A stretch of 64,000 bases of DNA, from NCBI GenBank assembly GCA_965248695.1, contig CBDFKD010000002.1:384001-448000 (forward strand). Direction: 5' to 3'. The notes beneath the pieces were generated by a model. The model searched no databases, was not told the DNA's origin, and saw only the letters and a list, made by a program, of their open reading frames with translations. The translations under genes and the position numbers were made by a program. Positions 58,349-64,000 of the stretch are shown piece after piece. This stretch comes from Acidobacteriota bacterium (GTDB lineage: Bacteria > Acidobacteriota > UBA890 > WLXD01). The first letter of the stretch is position 1. Each line of letters starts with the position of its first letter.

Positions 58349-59187
58349 CTGCTTTGGCGAGGAGAATCGGTGCGGCGGCGGAAGTGGCCCTGGTCCTGGC
58401 GCTGTTTCTCTATGCCAGGGACCTCCTCAGAGGCTCTGGCTTTGGTGAGTGGCAGGAATCGCTGTTCGGCGCGCCAATAATCTCCAGCTGCCTGCTCTTC
58501 TTCGCGCTGCCCTTGGCGGTGGTCTTGATCGGTGGTCGCGACCCGGGTAGCTGTGGCCTCACAACTGGGAACTTGGCGTATCACCGTCGCGTCGCGCTGA
58601 GGGCAGCCTCGATCGTCATGCCCGTGACTACCCTGTTTCCGGTCATCGGCTGGCTCGGAACAGAGCACAAGGCCTGGTTGGGCGCGTCAGTATTGGCCGT
58701 CGGATTCGCCGTCGCCGGACTGCTCGTCGCCCGCAGGAGCCGACAGCAGGCGAACTCGGCTCGAGCGGAACTCTCCTGGAGAGGCCTTCCGGTCTATGTC
58801 GCGCTGCTCGCCATTGGCGTGTTCGTCAGCTACCTGTTGCATCCTCTGTCACCGCTGGCAACACGGGTTGTCGCCGTGCTGATTTTCGTGGGCTTCCTGG
58901 AGGAGTTCTTCTTCCGTGGCTACGTTCAATCACGGCTCAATGACTGCTTTGGCAAGCCGTTCAGTTTTCAGAACGTCGATTTCGGCGCGGGCCTGCTCCT
59001 CACCGCGGCGATATTTGGCCTGTTTCATCCGCTCACTGCTACCGGTGACACACCATGGGCCTGGGCACTCTGGACTGCTTCAGGCGGCTTGGTCTTCGGT
59101 TTTCTGCGCCAGAAGACCGGCGCCGCGCTGGCCCCTGCGATGCTGCACGGTGCGATATGGCTCCCGGGAGTGTTCTTCGGCCCCTGA
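58321..59187 (+). CDS. CPBP (Abi/CAAX) intramembrane metalloprotease
   Basis: LEEFFFRG, FGLFH, AMLHG; start uncertain, overlaps GntR-2. Confidence 0.85.
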   Translation: MPLGAEHQLTALARRIGAAAEVALVLALFLYARDLLRGSGFGEWQESLFGAPIISSCLLFFALPLAVVLIGGRDPGSCGLTTGNLAYHRRVALRAASIVMPVTTLFPVIGWLGTEHKAWLGASVLAVGFAVAGLLVARRSRQQANSARAELSWRGLPVYVALLAIGVFVSYLLHPLSPLATRVVAVLIFVGFLEEFFFRGYVQSRLNDCFGKPFSFQNVDFGAGLLLTAAIFGLFHPLTATGDTPWAWALWTASGGLVFGFLRQKTGAALAPAMLHGAIWLPGVFFGP

Positions 59188-59219
59188 GCCGCTCCTGTCC
59201 CCTGGTTTCGGCGGCAACC

Positions 59220-59246
59220 TGTAACGTGTGCCGTACGACCGCGTAG
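59220..59246 (+). promoter_or_regulatory. Candidate ECF-dependent promoter 1
   Basis: TGTAAC-N11-GACCGCGTAG; same motif and spacing as 60015-60041. Confidence 0.55.
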
Positions 59247-59269
59247 CAACGAAGCGAGGGAGCATGCTC

Positions 59270-60019
59270 ATGTCCGCCGACGACAGGGAGTCAAGTAGGG
59301 GACCTCGCCGGTTTGCCACCACTCGGTGGAGTCTGGTCGTGGCTGCCGGAGACAGTAGCTCCGAGGGTTCCGAGCGCGCCCTGGCGGAGCTGTGCGAACG
59401 GTATTGGTACCCACTCTACGCCTATGCGCGCCGCCGCGGCTACGACCCCGAGGACGCACGCGACCTGACACAAGCTTTCTTCGTCAAGTTGCTGGAAAAA
59501 CGGGACTTACGGGCCGCCGACCCGGCGCGCGGGCGGTTTCGTACGTTCCTGCTGTCTTCCATGAAGAACTTCCTGGCCGGCGAATGGCGCAAAGACCAGG
59601 CGCAAAAGCGGGGAGGGGCGGTCCGCGTCCTGTCGCTCGACTTCGACTCGGCTGAGGAGTCGTACGCGTTGGAGCCCTCGCACGAGCTGAGTCCGGAGGT
59701 GATTTACGAGCGTCGTTGGGCCCTGGGCCTGCTTGATCGGGCGGTAACCGATCTCCGGGATCGGTATGCCGAAGCCGGCAACCTCGAGATATTCGATGCA
59801 CTGAAGGGCTTTCTCGGGGGCACGGATGATGTGCTTCCCTACTCAGAGCTGTCGCGGCGTCTCGGCCACAGCGAGGGGGCGCTGCGCACGGCCGCCTCGC
59901 GTCTGCGCTCCCGCTGGCGAAAACAGCTACGCCGGCTGGTCGCCGAGACGGTTCGAGACCCGTCCGATGTCCAGGACGAGCTTCAGAGCCTGATCGACTC
60001 CGTCGACGTCGGCGTGTAA
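59270..60019 (+). CDS. ECF sigma factor (kinase-associated type)
   Basis: FATTRWSLV, YWYPLYAY, DLTQAFF, GRFRTFL, AQKRGG; adjacent Ser/Thr kinase. Confidence 0.88.
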   Translation: MSADDRESSRGPRRFATTRWSLVVAAGDSSSEGSERALAELCERYWYPLYAYARRRGYDPEDARDLTQAFFVKLLEKRDLRAADPARGRFRTFLLSSMKNFLAGEWRKDQAQKRGGAVRVLSLDFDSAEESYALEPSHELSPEVIYERRWALGLLDRAVTDLRDRYAEAGNLEIFDALKGFLGGTDDVLPYSELSRRLGHSEGALRTAASRLRSRWRKQLRRLVAETVRDPSDVQDELQSLIDSVDVGV

Positions 60020-60041
60020 CAGTCCGGCCCCGACCGCATAG
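60015..60041 (+). promoter_or_regulatory. Candidate ECF-dependent promoter 2
   Basis: TGTAAC-N11-GACCGCATAG, 8 nt before the kinase ATG. Confidence 0.55.
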
Positions 60042-60529
60042 AACCAGGTATGAGCCCACCACGCATCTGTCCCAACTGTCAGACCACCGTCCCTGCCGAC
60101 GCGCCCGATGGCGTCTGCCCCGCGTGCGCGCTGCGTGCCGGATTCGACGACGGTCAAGCGACCGCTTCATCGACCCGGGCGGCCCCGATGCGGCGCTCAC
60201 AGCCGCTACCGGTTGAACAACTCGCCCGCCAGCTCCCCGAGCTCGAGCAGTTCGAGCTCATCGGCCAGGGCGGCATGGGTGCGGTCTACAGGGCACGCCA
60301 CCGGAAGCTCGATCGACCAGTTGCCGTCAAGGTGCTCGACTCGGCTCTGCGCGACACCGACTCATTTGCCGAGCGTTTTGCTCGGGAAGCACGCACTCTG
60401 GCGCAGCTCGACCACCCGAACGTCGTGCGGGTCTACGATTTCGGCCACCGAGACGATCTCTACTACCTCATCATGGAACTGGTGGACGGCGTCAACCTGC
60501 GGCAGACGATCGAGGCCGGGGGGCTGGCA

Positions 60530-61892
60530 GGATCCGGCCCGAGTCCTGTGGAAATAAAGATGGCGTAACCTCCGAGTAGGAAAAACACAAAGCCGCCACG
60601 AGCGGCAGGAGGCTACGCCGTGAAGCAGGTTAGCACGGAGGGAACCGGGCTCGTCGAGTTCCGGCAGGACGTACAGGCGCTGTTGCGCACCAGGATCCGC
60701 GAGGCGATCCAGATGACGCTTGACGAGGAGCTCACCGAGGCGCTGGGTTGCGACCGATACGAGCGCAACGGGCAGCGGCGAGGCTACCGCAACGGCAGCC
60801 AAAGGCGTCGGGTGACGACAGCCCAAGGGCTCCAGGAGCTGGACATACCGCGGGGGCGCATCGTGGGGCAAGACGGCAGCACCCGAGAGTTCCGCAGCGC
60901 GATCCTGCCACGGTACGCACGGCGAGCCCGGCAGGTGGACGAGGCGATCCTGGGAGCATACCTGGCGGGAGCCAACACCCGGCGGATCCGCAAGGCGCTC
61001 TCTCCGCTGCTGGGCAAGGCGCACCTGACCAAGAGCACGATCTCCAGGGTGGTGGGGCGCCTGAAGGCGTACTTCGAGCGCTGGAGACAGCGAGATGTGT
61101 CAGGCGAGCGGTACTGGATCCTGTATTTGGACGGGTTCCATCTGAAGGTCAGGCTGGCGAGGCGGGTCGTGTCGGCGCCGGTACTGGCGGTGCTCGGGGT
61201 CCAGCCCGACGGCCAGAAGGTGTTGGTAGCGTTGCAGTTGGCGGTCTCGGAGGCAGCGGTGCACTGGCAAGGACTGATCGAGTCGCTGGTGAGACGAGGG
61301 CTGCAGGCGCCGGAGGTGCTGATCGCCGACGGCCACAAGGGCCTGGCCAAGGCGATCGAGGTATGGCCCGATGTGTCGGTGCAGCGGTGCACACAACACA
61401 AGTGGAGCAACTTACGCGACCACTGCCCGGTTCATGCACGTGCGGAGATGAAGCGGGACTGGGATGCGATCGTCCGGGCCGATGACGGCAACCAGGCCAG
61501 AGCCGCCTACGCCGCCTTCGTACGCAAGTGGTCGACCCTCGTGCCCGCCGTGGCCCGGAGCCTGCAGGAGGCCGGCTTGAACCTGCTGACTTTCTACCAG
61601 TTCCCGAAGCCGATGTGGAAGACGCTGCGCACCACCAACGCCCTCGAGAACCTGAACCGGGAGTTCCGTCGTCGTACCAAGACGCAGGGCTCGTTCTCGA
61701 CCGAGGCCGCTGGGGTGACGTTGCTGTGGAGCCTGGTCGCCTTCGGCCAGATCCGCATGCGACGCATCGATGGCCACCGGTTCTTGGCTCAGCTCACGTG
61801 CGGCCCCGACAAACAGGCCGCCTAACCGATAGGATCATCCGTCGTCGCGGAGGAGACGCTCATCCAATTTCCACGACATTCGGGGCACATCC
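60530..61892 (+). mobile_element. IS256-family element B (1363 bp)
   Basis: Imperfect 26-bp TIRs GGATCCGGCCCGAGTCCTGTGGAAAT / ATTTCCACGACATTCGGGGCACATCC; 8-bp TSD GGCTGGCA (60522-60529, 61893-61900). Confidence 0.93.
60620..61825 (+). CDS. IS256-family transposase
   Basis: YRNG, YLDG, IADG, QRCTQH, RTTNALENLNREFRRR. Confidence 0.93.
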   Translation: MKQVSTEGTGLVEFRQDVQALLRTRIREAIQMTLDEELTEALGCDRYERNGQRRGYRNGSQRRRVTTAQGLQELDIPRGRIVGQDGSTREFRSAILPRYARRARQVDEAILGAYLAGANTRRIRKALSPLLGKAHLTKSTISRVVGRLKAYFERWRQRDVSGERYWILYLDGFHLKVRLARRVVSAPVLAVLGVQPDGQKVLVALQLAVSEAAVHWQGLIESLVRRGLQAPEVLIADGHKGLAKAIEVWPDVSVQRCTQHKWSNLRDHCPVHARAEMKRDWDAIVRADDGNQARAAYAAFVRKWSTLVPAVARSLQEAGLNLLTFYQFPKPMWKTLRTTNALENLNREFRRRTKTQGSFSTEAAGVTLLWSLVAFGQIRMRRIDGHRFLAQLTCGPDKQAA

Positions 61893-62906
61893 GGCTGGCA
61901 CCCAGAGAGGCTCTCGCCATGGTTCCCCACATCTGCGAGGCGCTCCAGTACGCCCACGATCAGGGCGTGGTGCACCGCGACATCAAGCCCGAGAACATCC
62001 TGGTTGACCGAAACGGATCGATCAAGATCGCCGACTTCGGACTGGCGAAGCTCATCGGCGGAGAAATCGGGCGACCCTTGACGCAGACCGCGCAGATCAT
62101 GGGAACGCCCGCCTACATGGCTCCCGAACAGCTCGAGAATCCGGGCGAGGTCGACCATCGGGCCGACATCTTCGCGCTTGGCGTCGTGTTCTACGAGCTG
62201 CTGACCGGTGAGCTCCCGATCGGCAGGTTCCCTCCGCCGTCGAAGAAGGTACAGATCGACGTACGCCTCGACGACGTCGTCCTTCGCACGCTGGAGAAGG
62301 AGCCGGGGAGGCGCTACCAGCAGGCCAGCGAGCTCCGATCCGCTGTGGAGTCGCTGACGGCCGGTGGCAACGAGACGACCGCGGTGCACGAAGAGTCGGA
62401 AGAACCCGGACCGGGCCCGGAAGACCCGCGAGACTACGAGTATCGCTCCGCGGCGACCGTTTTCGGATTGCCGCTCGTGCACATCGCATCTGGGCGCGAT
62501 CCCAACGGCACGAGGATGCGCCTTGCCAGCGGCATCATCGCCATCGGCGACGCGGCGATCGGCGTCGTCGCCATCGGGGTCTTCCCCTTCGGCGGGATCA
62601 CGATCGGCCCTTTTGGCATAGGCCTCGTGAGCATCGGCGGGGTCGTGTTCGGCCTGTTCACGGCGATCGGCGGTGTCGCCGCCGGAGGTTTCGCAGTCGG
62701 CGGGATCGCGGCCGGTCTGACCGCACTCGGCGCTCTGCATTTCGAGTTCTTTGAGCCGAGTGTTGCGGTGCTCTTACCGGCGTTGCTAGTCACGGTCGGG
62801 TGTCTCGCGATCGCTGCAGGAGCTGCCGCGACCGCCTGGATCATGGCTGCCCGAGCCGAATCCCGAGCCGGGCCGCCCGGCTGAAGCATTCTCCGACTGC
62901 CGAGCG

Positions 62907-63539
62907 TCAACCGTCGAGCAGCTTGTGTTCGATCAGCCGCCGCTCGAGCTCGTCGGGTCCGCGTACGAGCTCCGCCTGAAACCCCAGCTCAACGGCTGCC
63001 TCGATGTTCTTTTCGGCGTCATCCAGGAACAGGACGGCGCTCGGATGAACCGCGAGATCCGCCAGCACGGCGTGGAAGATCGCAGGATCAGGCTTCGCGA
63101 GGCCGAGCTCGAAGGAGACGTACGACTTGTCCAAATACGGCTCGAGCCAGACACGAAACGAGTCCCAATGGAGCTCATTCGAGTTGCTCAGGCAGGCCAA
63201 TCGAAACCGCCCACGAAGCGCACCGAGAAGCGATCGGGCACCCGGGTACAACCCACGCGGCCAGCTCGCGAACGCGGTCAAGAACTCCTCCGCGGAGAGA
63301 CCGAGGTCCCATTCAGAGAGAAAACGGTCGGCGAAGACCCGCGGTGCAGTTCTACCGAGCTCGAAGTCGCGAACAGACGCAGACATGAGCCAGCGCGTCC
63401 GTATCCCGTCGGTGGTTGCGTGCCCGCGAAGTAGATCCGCGATCTCCTCGAATCCCGCAAAGTCGATCAGGACACCGCCGAGATCGAACAGAATCACTTC
63501 CGGCTCGGACCGCCGCCATCCCCTCTCGCCGCCGGACAC
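62907..63539 (-). CDS. HAD-superfamily phosphatase
   Basis: FDLGGV, LSNSN, KPDP, FLDD. Confidence 0.9.
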   Translation of the reverse strand: MSGGERGWRRSEPEVILFDLGGVLIDFAGFEEIADLLRGHATTDGIRTRWLMSASVRDFELGRTAPRVFADRFLSEWDLGLSAEEFLTAFASWPRGLYPGARSLLGALRGRFRLACLSNSNELHWDSFRVWLEPYLDKSYVSFELGLAKPDPAIFHAVLADLAVHPSAVLFLDDAEKNIEAAVELGFQAELVRGPDELERRLIEHKLLDG

Positions 63540-63557
63540 TGCCCGAGATCAGCTCAG

Positions 63558-64000
63558 CTAGTCCCTGACAAACCTGACGCTTTGGATCAGGCCGTCTCTC
63601 ACCTCGTATATCGAGACGTATTCCGTGTCGGTGTCGCCGTAGCTGACGGTCTCGTGATTCACGACGTAGGTGTCCTTGGCGATCTGATGATGAATCTCGA
63701 CGTGCACAACGCCCTCCTCGAACATCGGCTCGAAGATGCTGCGAAGGTGGTCCCTGCCCCCACCCAATGATCTGTCCGGGTAATTGAAGATCTCGATCCC
63801 GTCGGCATACAGGTCCATGAAGGCGCCCAGGTCGTGACGATTGTAGGCACTCATACGGCGGTTCACGATGTCCAGCGGAGTTGCGTCACGGTCCCCTGGA
63901 GGCGCCGATCCGCTCTGCTGCGCCGAACCGGACGATGGCGCGTCCGGCGCGCACCCAACAAGAGCGCTGGTCAACGCAGCGACAAGGAAGAGAGGCGATT
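63558..64000 (-). CDS. SnoaL/NTF2-like lipoprotein (5' end outside window)
   Basis: LVGC lipobox; AYNRHDL..F...YA, IYEVRDGLI. Confidence 0.78.
   Translation of the reverse strand, partial: SPLFLVAALTSALVGCAPDAPSSGSAQQSGSAPPGDRDATPLDIVNRRMSAYNRHDLGAFMDLYADGIEIFNYPDRSLGGGRDHLRSIFEPMFEEGVVHVEIHHQIAKDTYVVNHETVSYGDTDTEYVSIYEVRDGLIQSVRFVRD

Larger units (their letters stand above)
60050..62884 (+). pseudogene. Zn-ribbon Ser/Thr kinase with Gly-rich membrane C-terminus, interrupted by IS256
   Basis: CPNC..CPAC, GQGGMG, VAVK / HRDIKPEN, DFG, APE; excision restores GGLAPREALAMVPH. Confidence 0.92.

Overview
GC-rich bacterial accessory region, mostly minus-strand genes. The gene content (DUF4159/VWA cluster, VPS10-type hydrolase, PD40-repeat amidohydrolase and kinase, DUF1501/DUF1549/DUF1553, ECF-kinase pair) suggests an Acidobacteriota/Gemmatimonadota/PVC-like organism (inference). 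No rRNA, tRNA or CRISPR array was seen. The top signal is a hidden selenoprotein at 36709-37503: an ArsM-like SAM methyltransferase whose apparent stop codon (LWTG-TGA-IAGAL) falls at the conserved ArsM cysteine, is followed at once by a SECIS-like hairpin and 55 further open codons, and whose protein has no Cys at all. Other notable items are an exported pyrophosphatase/serine-hydrolase fusion, a lipoprotein ureohydrolase, a Tat-signal DUF1989 gene coupled to an amidase-CHRD gene, a CTAG-flanked ~280-bp MITE family overlapping TAG stop codons, two IS3 copies and two IS256-family elements that disrupt genes (target duplications resolved), a repeated candidate ECF promoter, and many internal deletions and frameshifts that indicate gene erosion or assembly artefacts. 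Product calls come from motif recognition by eye; no database search was run.
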